Shown: piece after piece, positions 26,164 to 35,400 of the stretch
Layout: each line of letters begins with the position of its first letter
Numbering within the stretch: position 1 is the first letter of the stretch
Source: a virus
Lineage: Duplodnaviria; Caudoviricetes
Length of the DNA: 46,363 bases
Strand: one strand, 5' to 3'
Virus record (IMG/VR): IMGVR_UViG_3300021082_000043
Location: 1 to 46,363 of that record
Notes under the pieces: model-generated
The model's input: only the letters and a program-made list of their open reading frames with translations
Database searches by the model: none
Told to the model about the DNA's origin: nothing
Translations under genes and position numbers: made by a program

Positions 26164-26531
26164 GTAGCGACGAGCCGATCCAGACGAACGCGGCCGACGA
26201 GGCGCAGATCGCGCTCGGCGTGCGCGGGCAACGCGAGGAGCGGAAAGAACAGGCCGCTCGCTGGCGCGTGCAGTTGTCGACCGAGGCCGGTCGTCGGTTC
26301 GTGTGGGATGAGATTTTTGCGGCCGGCTACCTGTTCGCGCACATCGAGAGCGACGAGATCCAGAAGCTCGGCGTGCGCAACCGGATGCTCAAGTTCTGGG
26401 GCCTGAGCCAGGAGCACGTCGACCTGTTCCTTCAGATGCAGAACGAGGCCATGAAACGCGAGAGCGCGCGCCGTCGCACGAGGCGGTCGGAACGCACGAT
26501 CGCCACGCGCGAAGGAGACCACGCACCATGA
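26160..26531 (+). CDS. Bbp19-like protein
   Basis: LSTEAGRRFVWDEI motif; position between portal and scaffold. Confidence 0.65.
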   Translation: MSSDEPIQTNAADEAQIALGVRGQREERKEQAARWRVQLSTEAGRRFVWDEIFAAGYLFAHIESDEIQKLGVRNRMLKFWGLSQEHVDLFLQMQNEAMKRESARRRTRRSERTIATREGDHAP

Positions 26532-27202
26532 CGACAGCAGCACCGGCAGCGCCGCCGAGCGGAACCCCCGCACCGGCACCCGCGGCCAACGGCGCACCAG
26601 CAGCAGCGCCGCCACCTGTAGCCCCGCCCGCTCCTGCTCCGGCTCCGCCGGCGCCGGCGCCCGTGGTTCCGCCCGCAGATGGAACGACAGCACCACCCAC
26701 GCCCGCACCAGCGCCGCCGCCCGCGGCCGCGCCGGTCGTGCCTGAGAACTACGAGCTCACGCTGCCGGCGAACGGCGTGCTCGACGCAACCGACCTCGCC
26801 GCCGTGACCGCCATGGCGAAGGAGGGCGGCTGGACGAACGAGCAGGCCCAAACCGCGCTGAATGAATTGCAGACGAGCCTCGCGGCTCAGACGCAGACGT
26901 TCATCACCGAGCTCGAGGCGCACCCGGAAATTGGCGGAGTCAACCGAGGGCCGGCGCAGGAGAACATGCTCCGCGCGCTCGATCGCTTCCTGCCGGCCAG
27001 TGAGCCGTTAGGGGCACGACTCCGTACGGAACTAACCAAAACGGGCAAACAGCACGACCCCGCGGTCGTGTTGCTCTTGTCTCGTATCGGCAAGGCCATG
27101 CGAGAAGATCGGCCGAACCTCGGGCTCAATGCAGCACCACCAGCGCCGGCTCGGAAGAGCGACGCCGAAGTGATGTACCCGAACGACGTGCCGAGGGCCT
27201 AG
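26528..27202 (+). CDS. Capsid scaffolding protein
   Basis: Pro/Ala-rich N-terminus, PENYELTLP, HDPAVVLLLSRIGKAMRED and SDAEVMYP; directly precedes the major capsid gene. Confidence 0.8.
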   Translation: MTTAAPAAPPSGTPAPAPAANGAPAAAPPPVAPPAPAPAPPAPAPVVPPADGTTAPPTPAPAPPPAAAPVVPENYELTLPANGVLDATDLAAVTAMAKEGGWTNEQAQTALNELQTSLAAQTQTFITELEAHPEIGGVNRGPAQENMLRALDRFLPASEPLGARLRTELTKTGKQHDPAVVLLLSRIGKAMREDRPNLGLNAAPPAPARKSDAEVMYPNDVPRA

Positions 27203-27225
27203 CCGGATCACGGAGCCTGATAACC

Positions 27226-28323
27226 ATGAAGTACACGCAGACGATACTCACCGTGCTCTTCGCGATCTTCCTGCACCTCACAGGGATCGCGGCGCACCTC
27301 ACGGGCAACAGCAGCGTCATGGGAGCGGCCGCGCTCTCGACTGGCGCGATGACCCTCATCGACTACGCAAAGCTCCTCGATCCGAACGACCAGGTCGCGC
27401 GGATCATCGAGCTTCTCTCTCAGACGAACGAGATCCTTCTCGACATGCCGTTCATGGAAGGGAACTTGATCACAGGACATCGTACGACGGTCCGAACGGG
27501 ACTGCCTGACGTGTTCTGGCGCTTGCTCAATCAGGGCGTCGCGCCGAGCAAGGCGCACACCGCGCAGATCGACGAGCAGACCGGCATGCTCGAGGCCTTC
27601 TCGCAGGTCGACCGCGCGCTGGCGGATCTCGGCGGCAACCGCGCCGGCGTTCGTATGTCCAACGCGCGCGCGTTCCTCGAGGCGATGAACAACGAAATGG
27701 CAAGCACGCTGATCTACGGATCGGCGAGCGCGCCCGAAGAGTTCATCGGCCTGGCCGCTCGCTACTCGAGCTCGACCGCGGGCAATGGCGACAACGTCAT
27801 TCTCGGCGGCGGCACTGGGTCCACAGACAACACGTCGATCTACCTCGTCGCGTGGGGTGAAGAGACGGTTTGCGGGATCTACCCGAAGGGCTCGCGCGCG
27901 GGCCTGTTCCATGAGGACCTCGGCGAGAAGCTCATCCAGAACGCCGGCGGCGTGACTGGCGCGCTCATGATGGCGCTCGTGGACCATTGGGAGTGGAAGT
28001 GCGGCCTCGCGCTGAAGGATTGGCGCTATGTCGTGCGGATCGCGAACATCGACGTCTCGAACCTCTCGAGCGCGTCCGATCAGGCGAACCTGCTCAGGCT
28101 CATGGCGGACGCCGAAGAGCGCCTGCCGAACGAGCTTGGCTCACGCGCGTTCTACGCCAACCGGACCGTGATCCGCAACATGCGGCACCAGACGACCTCG
28201 GCGGTGAGCGCCGGCGGCGGGATCACGTTCGAGAACTACGCGGGCAAGCGGACGCGCATGTTCGGGATCACGCCCGTGCGCGTGACCGACGCGATTCTCA
28301 ACACGGAGGACGTCGTCGCCTAG
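27226..28323 (+). CDS. Major capsid protein (BPP-1 Bbp17-like)
   Basis: IIELLSQTNEILLDMPFMEGN...TGHRTTVRTGLP, DWRYVVRIANID, FGITPVRVTDAILNTE. Confidence 0.92.
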   Translation: MKYTQTILTVLFAIFLHLTGIAAHLTGNSSVMGAAALSTGAMTLIDYAKLLDPNDQVARIIELLSQTNEILLDMPFMEGNLITGHRTTVRTGLPDVFWRLLNQGVAPSKAHTAQIDEQTGMLEAFSQVDRALADLGGNRAGVRMSNARAFLEAMNNEMASTLIYGSASAPEEFIGLAARYSSSTAGNGDNVILGGGTGSTDNTSIYLVAWGEETVCGIYPKGSRAGLFHEDLGEKLIQNAGGVTGALMMALVDHWEWKCGLALKDWRYVVRIANIDVSNLSSASDQANLLRLMADAEERLPNELGSRAFYANRTVIRNMRHQTTSAVSAGGGITFENYAGKRTRMFGITPVRVTDAILNTEDVVA

Positions 28324-28367
28324 GAACTACCCGGGGGACTACCCGGTACGGTTTCGGTACGGTTTTG

Positions 28368-28402
28368 GCCGGGCGGCCGGAGTCGCCGCCTGGCACCTTT
28401 TT
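28368..28402 (+). terminator. Rho-independent terminator after the major capsid gene
   Basis: GCCGGGCGGC...GCCGCCTGGC stem followed by ACCTTTTT. Confidence 0.6.
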
Positions 28403-28421
28403 CAGCTTTGGAGAGTGACCA

Positions 28422-28868
28422 ATGATTCTTGACGCATATACCCGAGTCGCCTCGGCGCAAGCCATCACCGACGCCGACGAAGTCTCGGCGAGCTCGATCG
28501 ACCTCGGGAACCCGACGATCAAGAACCGCGTCGGATCAGGCGAGCGCCTGTCCGCCGTGTTCACGATCACCACCGCTGCCGCGGGCGACAGCGCCTCCGC
28601 GACGGACACGTGTGACCTCATCGTCGTCGAGGACACCGCCGCAACCCTCGCGAGCAAGACCGTGATCATCACGCGTCGAGTCGCGGCTGCGCTGCTCACC
28701 GCGGGCTCGCAGTTCGAGGTGCCGCTCCCGTCGGGGACGCCGACGAAGCGCTACCTCGGCGGGCAGGTCGCGCTCGGCACGGGCGATACGTTGTCGGCCA
28801 CGATCGACATCATCCCGAGCGAGTTCGTGCCGTCGTTCCTCGCGTACGCGAAGGGCTACGCGGTCTAG
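28422..28868 (+). CDS. Bbp16-like capsid cement/decoration protein
   Basis: MILDA...SAQAIT...SASSIDLG...LTAGSQFEVPLP...KRYLG; follows the major capsid gene. Confidence 0.75.
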   Translation: MILDAYTRVASAQAITDADEVSASSIDLGNPTIKNRVGSGERLSAVFTITTAAAGDSASATDTCDLIVVEDTAATLASKTVIITRRVAAALLTAGSQFEVPLPSGTPTKRYLGGQVALGTGDTLSATIDIIPSEFVPSFLAYAKGYAV

Positions 28869-28877
28869 TTCAACCAA

Positions 28878-28905
28878 GCGAGCGGGGGCTGAAGCCTCCG
28901 CTCGC
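28878..28905 (+). other. GC-rich hairpin (possible terminator or processing site)
   Basis: GCGAGCGGGGGC-TGAA-GCCTCCGCTCGC inverted repeat; no U-tract. Confidence 0.45.
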
Positions 28906-28925
28906 GCCACCCAAAGGGAGCCACC

Positions 28926-29525
28926 ATGACACAGCAAGACAACGGCGGTCTGCTCCCGTGGGAGCTTCGCGCGATCCGAAACCTGATCGCGAACCCAGTC
29001 TCGCCGGGCGCCGCGTCGATCGTCCATCAGGCGACGGTGCTCCTGACGGATGCGCAGATCAAGGCGCTGCCGACGACGCCTTTTGAGATCGTGGCGGCCC
29101 CTGGGGCGAATTGGGCCTTCGTGCCGATCGCGGCCGCGCTGGTGATTGATACCACGGCTGGCGCTTACGCGACCATCGACGCCAATGCGTCTATCACTGT
29201 CATTGGGAATATCACGAATCTCAGCTCGATCGTGGAGTCCGACGGGCAAGTGACGGCATTTCTCACTGGCGGTGAGCGCATGGCGTTTCTGGGGCAGATG
29301 TACGGCGGTGGAGTGTACGGACAGGCACCAGTCGATAGCTGGAGCACCTATAGTGACAGGGCTCTGCAGTTGTATGCCGCGAGTGGCGGCGCCAACTTCA
29401 CCGACGGAAACGCCGCCAACACCCTCCGCGTCTCTGTGGAGTTCCGCGTATTTGACGTGACCACGGGGCGCTTCCTGACCACCGATGAGTCAGGCTGGAA
29501 CGACGAGACAGGCCTCTTCGACTAA
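28926..29525 (+). CDS. Hypothetical virion-module protein
   Basis: GGGAG RBS; 199 aa, beta-rich; visibly more A/T-ending codons than its neighbours. Confidence 0.65.
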   Translation: MTQQDNGGLLPWELRAIRNLIANPVSPGAASIVHQATVLLTDAQIKALPTTPFEIVAAPGANWAFVPIAAALVIDTTAGAYATIDANASITVIGNITNLSSIVESDGQVTAFLTGGERMAFLGQMYGGGVYGQAPVDSWSTYSDRALQLYAASGGANFTDGNAANTLRVSVEFRVFDVTTGRFLTTDESGWNDETGLFD

Positions 29526-30286
29526 TGCGCACTGTCATCATTCACGGCAAACGGTGGACCGACCACTACCGCTCGCCTCGAGAGGGGCGCGAGGAGTGCG
29601 AGCTCTGGGGCGTCACTCGGGCGAATTGTCGGTTCTGGCAGGGCCGCCTGCTCGATTGGACGCGCTGGTGCGATATTCACCCGCTCACCGAGACCGCGAG
29701 GTTTCCGGGCATCCCGCAGCGCCGGCCGGACGCGTGGAAGTGGTACCTCTCACAGGACGGCACGCGGCCGATCTACCTCCAGGCGCCCGAGGCGCACCCG
29801 CCGAAGGACCAGGAGAAGGCGCTGCGCCTCTTCAACATGATCCCGGGCGCGCGACGCTTCCCGATACGAGAGATTCAACAGCGCTTCCCGATCAACCTCG
29901 AGCCGAACCGATGGTTTGTGGAGCAGACCGGGATGATGATGGCGCAGGCCGGGCTCGAGGGCTTCGAGCACGTGATCCTCAACGGCATCGGCGTCCCGAC
30001 CTCGGCGGCGTTCTTCGTTGCGCACAAGTCGATCCTCTACTGGCTCGGCTTCCTGCGCGGCCTGGGCATCCAGGTCACGATCGAAGGCCCGTCGGCGTTC
30101 CACACACCACGCGAGATCTACGCCTACGAGCGATTCAACTACGACGTCGTCGAGCTCGCGCGCGCGGAACAGCACCAATCAGTGACCTCGCGCGTCGACC
30201 GGCTCCACAAGATCGAGGTCAACGAGCACGAGGCGCGACGAGGACGTCCGCCACGCTTCCGCGTCGAAGCGGTGGAGGAGTGGTGA
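29525..30286 (+). CDS. Sialyltransferase-like (GT29/GT42/Maf-like fold) putative glycosyltransferase 1
   Basis: RTVIIHG...ELWGVT...QTGMMMAQAGLEGFEHVILNGIG...ILYWLGFLRGLGIQV pattern. Confidence 0.5.
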   Translation: MRTVIIHGKRWTDHYRSPREGREECELWGVTRANCRFWQGRLLDWTRWCDIHPLTETARFPGIPQRRPDAWKWYLSQDGTRPIYLQAPEAHPPKDQEKALRLFNMIPGARRFPIREIQQRFPINLEPNRWFVEQTGMMMAQAGLEGFEHVILNGIGVPTSAAFFVAHKSILYWLGFLRGLGIQVTIEGPSAFHTPREIYAYERFNYDVVELARAEQHQSVTSRVDRLHKIEVNEHEARRGRPPRFRVEAVEEW

Positions 30287-31302
30287 TCGAGTGGCTCGCG
30301 CCGTATGTCCGCGGCCGCCAGGTCGTCGTCGTCGGCTCGGCGCCGATGGACGGCCAGGTCGAGCGCCGCTCGCCCGACGAGGTGATCGTCGCGGTCAACG
30401 GTGGCATCTCGAGCGTCGTCGCCGGCACCGTCGACGTCTGGGTGCTCAATGCGCGCTCGCCGCTCGACGCCACGGTCGCCGGAAGCCCGCTCCACCCGCT
30501 CATGGTCGCGCAGGGCGCCGAGCGCCGCGTCGGGGTGCTCGTGCTCGTGACGAAGGACGACCAGGCCGCCGCCCACACGCGCCGTGTCCTGCTCAAGCAG
30601 GAGACGGATTATCACCTCGCGCTCGAGGTGAACCAGGAGACCCGGCGCGCGATCGAGACCGGCGTCGGAGCTCGCACGCCCGACCTCACGAAGCACGCGC
30701 TCTCGGTCGGGATGTTCGCGACGGCGCTCTGCTTCGAGGGCGGCGCCGAGCACGTGCGTCTCGCGGGCTTCTCGTGGAAAGGCGGCTATCAGTACGCCGG
30801 CGGCAAACGCGTCGAGCGTGGTCACGCGTACGGCGACCGGCGCGCGATCGCGAACCTCGAGCAACGGTATGGCGCGCGCCTCGAGCACGCGCTCGGACGG
30901 TCACCCTCACAAGCAAAGGAGAACGCAACAATGGCAACAGCGCCACGACGACCGGCAACGCCGGCCAGACCCGCGCCGGCGGCGGCTCAACCCGCGCCGA
31001 CAACAGTCGACACGAACACGCGGCCGCGCAAGGTGCGCGCGCTCAAGCTCCTACAGTACGGCCTGCGCCGCCGCCGACCTGGCGACGTGTTCATGATCGC
31101 GGCCGGGCACTTTCGACCGAGCCAGATGGAGTACGTCAGCGACGCGACGCCCGAGCGCACCACGACGCCGGCGGAAGCGGCACGGAACGCCGAGGCCGAG
31201 GTGCTCGCGAACAAGACCCCGCGGCTGCAACCGAACGCCGCCGATCTCATCGAGGAGGAGCCACCCATCCCCTCGACACCCGGCAACCTCGAGGTGATTT
31301 AG
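30283..31302 (+). CDS. Sialyltransferase-like (GT29-like) putative glycosyltransferase 2 with in-frame C-terminal module
   Basis: GRQVVVVGSAP...VIVAVN...VDVWVLN and LSVGMFATALCFEGGAEHVRLAGFS...RGH resemble sialylmotifs L, S and VS; GTGA overlap start. Confidence 0.6.
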   Translation: MIEWLAPYVRGRQVVVVGSAPMDGQVERRSPDEVIVAVNGGISSVVAGTVDVWVLNARSPLDATVAGSPLHPLMVAQGAERRVGVLVLVTKDDQAAAHTRRVLLKQETDYHLALEVNQETRRAIETGVGARTPDLTKHALSVGMFATALCFEGGAEHVRLAGFSWKGGYQYAGGKRVERGHAYGDRRAIANLEQRYGARLEHALGRSPSQAKENATMATAPRRPATPARPAPAAAQPAPTTVDTNTRPRKVRALKLLQYGLRRRRPGDVFMIAAGHFRPSQMEYVSDATPERTTTPAEAARNAEAEVLANKTPRLQPNAADLIEEEPPIPSTPGNLEVI

Positions 31303-31310
31303 GGGTACCC

Positions 31311-31604
31311 GTGAAGCTCGAGCTCCACGTTCACGTTCACATCTACAGCGAAGGAAAAACCATCATGGATGAACTTGCTCGCCTGACAACCGAAGTAGCC
31401 GAAACAAAGACCGTCGTCGATTCCGCAATCACGCTCCTCGGGGGCCTGGCGCAGCAGATCCGTGATCTGAAGGGCCAACCGGCGGCGCTCGCGGCGCTGG
31501 CCGACAAGCTGGACGCACAGCAGGCGGCGCTCGCCGCGGCGATCGTGGCGAACACACCCGGGCCGGACCCGGAACCCGATCCCGATCCGAACCCCGAGGT
31601 CTAG
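31311..31604 (+). CDS. Small coiled-coil protein
   Basis: MDELARLTTEVAETKTVVDSAITLLGGLAQQIRD...AAAIVANTP. Start is GTG 31311 or ATG 31365 (AAGGA RBS). Confidence 0.65.
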   Translation: MKLELHVHVHIYSEGKTIMDELARLTTEVAETKTVVDSAITLLGGLAQQIRDLKGQPAALAALADKLDAQQAALAAAIVANTPGPDPEPDPDPNPEV

Positions 31605-31611
31605 GCACCAC

Positions 31612-31643
31612 GCGCCGGCGAGCTCGAGAGGGCCCGCCGGCGC
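31612..31643 (+). other. Hairpin, possible terminator
   Basis: GCGCCGGCG...CGCCGGCGC inverted repeat in the intergenic gap. Confidence 0.4.
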
Positions 31644-31673
31644 CTCGCTTCCTTAGCTAAGGAGTACTCGAAC

Positions 31674-32363
31674 ATGACGCTCTCGACCTCGCTCCTGGCC
31701 GCCGTGCTCTCGCTCTCGATGGTGAGCTCCGCCGCGGCGCAACACATGAGTCAGCACTACCGCGATAAAGACACCTACCCGGGCGTCGCGTACGGCGTCG
31801 GCGACAACCCGCGGACCTACATCGGGCCGCTCGAGACCGGCGAGCAGGTCGGGCTGCAACTCGACACCGTGCACGCGGCCGCGCTCCCGATGACGATGGA
31901 GGCCTTCGTCGCCGACAACGGCTCGACGATCATGCGCGTGCTCGAGCCGCTCATGTGCGCGCCAATACCCGGCGGCCTCGACTGCCTGGCGCCGCTCCCG
32001 GCCGACATTCGCGACGCCTGGCCGACGTTGACCGGCGTGCGCGTCTCGTTCACCGAAACCCTGACAGGCATCGGGGCCAAGACGTTCTACTCGAACACGA
32101 TGGCCGTCCAGGCGGACCCCGTGCCGCCGCTCACGTGCAAGTACACGCCGCTCGGCTCGACCGTCGAGGAGCTCCGGCCGCTCAACAGCGCGATCGGCGG
32201 GTACCGCACCGGCGACCTGCAAGCGGCCGCGGACCGCATCGGACAACTCCGGCGCGACGGCTGGCGCGTCGAGTGGCAGTTCGTGCCCGCAACCGGTCAG
32301 CCTGGCGCCGGCACCGCGGACCGGATCGTCGTGCAGGCCTGGTGCTTTGGGGTGCCTCAGTGA
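31674..32363 (+). CDS. Hypothetical exported protein
   Basis: TAAGGAG RBS; Sec signal peptide MTLSTSLLAAVLSLSMVSSAAA|Q. Confidence 0.7.
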   Translation: MTLSTSLLAAVLSLSMVSSAAAQHMSQHYRDKDTYPGVAYGVGDNPRTYIGPLETGEQVGLQLDTVHAAALPMTMEAFVADNGSTIMRVLEPLMCAPIPGGLDCLAPLPADIRDAWPTLTGVRVSFTETLTGIGAKTFYSNTMAVQADPVPPLTCKYTPLGSTVEELRPLNSAIGGYRTGDLQAAADRIGQLRRDGWRVEWQFVPATGQPGAGTADRIVVQAWCFGVPQ

Positions 32364-32437
32364 TTCGTGCGCTGCGCTGGATACTCATCGCCGAGCTCAC
32401 CTGGCTCATCGCCGGCGGCCTGTTCCTCGTGCGCTGA
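32360..32437 (+). CDS. 25 aa hydrophobic peptide
   Basis: GTGA and TGATG couplings; MIRALRWILIAELTWLIAGGLFLVR. Confidence 0.4.
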   Translation: MIRALRWILIAELTWLIAGGLFLVR

Positions 32438-35400
32438 TGCTCTACTCCCCGACTGGCGTGCCGCTCGCGCTCATGGAAGCGCCCGACCTCACGCCGGGCG
32501 CAACCCTCATGGGATGGTGGCGTCCGTCCGCCGTCGTCGCCGGATACCAGATCTTCTGGGAGATCGACTCACCGGCCTGGTCGTTCCTGAATACGGTCTG
32601 GGTCGGGCTCGAGCTCAACTCGATGAACTTCGCGCTCGAGATGTGGAACGACCCGCACGACGAGTACGACGTTGCGAGCGAGGTCGCGATCGCCGGCCTG
32701 GCGTATCACCTCGCGGTCGTGGTCGCGGCCGGCGGCAAGGCCGCGAAGCTCTACGTGAGCAACGAGGCGCTCACGATGGACGCGCTCGAGGTCGCGAGCG
32801 TCGCGAATGCCGACTTCGATCCGACCGACGTTGGCGTCGTCGACGGCGGGATTCAGAGCGACACCTCGAAGGGCAACACCAAGCTCTTCCATTTCGCCAT
32901 GACGCCCGCGCAGATTCGGCTCGAGCGCGATCGCTGGCAATGCGTCGAGACGCCATGGGCTCACTGGCCGATGGACCGCCGCGCCTATGTGCAAGCGCAG
33001 ACGCGGATCCAAGACGTCTCGGGTAACGAGCGGCACCTCGACAACTACGTGGTGCAGGGCTTCGGCGCCGACACGCTCGACCCGTCGATCCTGCGTTACA
33101 CCTACGCCGGCGCGACGCGGCGCGTGGTCGGCGCGGCCGCAACCGCCGCGGCCGCGGTGACGACGATCAACGTCGCGGTGCCGGCCGGCGCCTACTCGAG
33201 CGGCAACGACGTCGTCGCGGTGAACGACGCAATGATCCTCTCGCTCGTGCACGGCGGCGCCGACTGGGCCGTTGTGCCGGCGGCGTGGACGCTCGTGCAG
33301 CGCGGGCTCTCGGGCGTCATGCGGCTCGAGGTCTACCGGAAGAACTACGGCATGCTCGCCGGCGTGCCGACCGCGGAGGTGACGCCGGTCGCGATCACGG
33401 GCATCGACGGCGGCATCGGGCGGATCGTGGTGTACCACGGTCTCGAGCACCCCGACGCGATCGAGATCGCGAGCAGCGTCAAGACCGGCGACAACATCCG
33501 GCCCAACTGCGACGTACTCGAGACCGGCGACGACTGGGGGCCGGCGTGCCTCGACGTCATGGTCGTCGGCTTCGACTCGAACACGGCGATCTTCACGGAC
33601 ACCTGGCGCGCGACCTCTGGCGGCGTCGACGACAGCCTGGGCAGTGAGGACGACCAGGCCGACGTCGACCTCGACCCGAACACCGCGGGCGAAGCGTTTA
33701 ACTCGGTGTTCGCGGGCTTCCAGCTGTGGCTCTTCGACAGCGTGAAGGTCGGCAAGGGCGAGGCGTCCGGCTGGCGCATGGATTCAACGGTCGCGGACGA
33801 GGATCCCTGGGTCGTGTGTCGCGTCGTACTCAAGCCGCACGACGTGCCGTTCGCGCGTCGACACTACTACAGCACCGGGCGAACCGGGCTCACACATACA
33901 CGCTCGACGGACTTCCCTGGTGATCATGGCGTCGATGATCACTACTACTCCCCCGGCGCGTGGAACAACTGGGTTATCTACAACAAACTGGAGCCGCGCA
34001 AGGACCGCGCTGGTGGCGGCACCGACGACAACTGGACGAGCAACGAGGAGGTCGCGGTCGCGTGGCACGAGTACGTCGTGCCGCTCCGCCCGTGCACGTA
34101 CCCCGACACGACGCTCCTAAAGGTCAACTACTACACCGAGATCGACGAGAACTACACCGGGTTCTCGACGACCAGCGTCACGGTGCGATTCAAGGGGCGC
34201 GTCTACCTGACGACGAGCCTCACGGATTTATCCGAGGCGACCGTGCTCGTCGAGGACTGGGTTTCTGGCGCGATGTTCGCTCGAGGCACGCGGCAGTACA
34301 TCACGGAGGAGATCGAGCTCCCGGCGTTCTCGACTGACGTCGAGGCGTACATCGTGCTCGTCTGGGGCATGGTGTTCGAGGATATTCCGCTTCCGGCGGT
34401 CCACTACCCGAACCCGACCGAGTGGGTCACGGTCAAGAACCTCACCGGCGCCGGCGACCTGGGCGGCAACATGCGCGTCGCGCGCAACGATGGACCCGAG
34501 AGCGGCAACAAGGACGGATACGCGCCCTGGGTCGAGTTCTCCGATTTCCTCGTGCCCGTGGCGCGCCCGGATCCGCCGGCGAACCAAACGCGCGCGACCT
34601 CGATCGTGATCGATCCCGGCGACGTGCCCGGGTACTGCTCCGGCCTCATCGACACGCGCGGCGCGACGTCGCCGATGCACGCGTTGTGGTGGGAGTTCAC
34701 GCCGGACGCTGACGGCGAGTTCATCTTTCACGTGTTCGGCTCGACCGCGCAGACCGTGGTGAAAGTGTGGAACGACGCCGCGGACGCCGTGATCGAGTCG
34801 GTGCAGGAGGACGAAGATCTTGTCGGCGGGATCGGGTGCGTCTCATGGTGGCGCGGCAACCTCACCGGCGGCGTCACCTACCGGATTCAGACGCGGCGCG
34901 GTCGCGATCAGAACACGTCCGCATGGTCGGGCCAGGTGCAACTCTGGGTGGAGACCGTGCGCCTCCCGCAAGCCGACGACATCTTCGTGCCCGAGGGCAA
35001 CGGGAACACGATCATGGTCTGGCGCGAGGGCCACCTGATCAACGTGTCGGCGTTCAACGCGTCCGGCTGGGTCGCCGGCGGCGTCGCGATCGACTACACG
35101 GGCAGGCCAATGCTCGACTATCGCAACGTCGGCGATCCTGGCTCGCACGACCTCGAGCACACCGGCGAGCGGCTCGCGATCCTGATGCACGACACCGCGA
35201 TTCCGCCCGGCAACCCGTACGTGATCATCCTCGACCTGTTCACGCTCAACCCGAACGAACAGCCGATCGATTACATCTTCTGGGACGGCCAGGTCGGCGT
35301 GACGCCGTTCGGCGCGGGCTCGCTCGAGGTGGACGCGGCCGGCTTCATGTACGCCGGCTCCGAGGGCTGGTTCAGCAAGGTCGCCGGCGGCACGATCTCA

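Noticed and set aside
26528-26740. CCG/GCA-rich repeat
   Set aside because: It is 3-nt periodic and encodes the ordinary Pro/Ala-rich N-terminus of the scaffold protein.
28324-28367. Short tandem duplications (ACTACCCGG x2, CGGTACGGTTT x2) after the capsid gene
   Set aside because: Only two copies of each, next to a terminator; too little to support a function.
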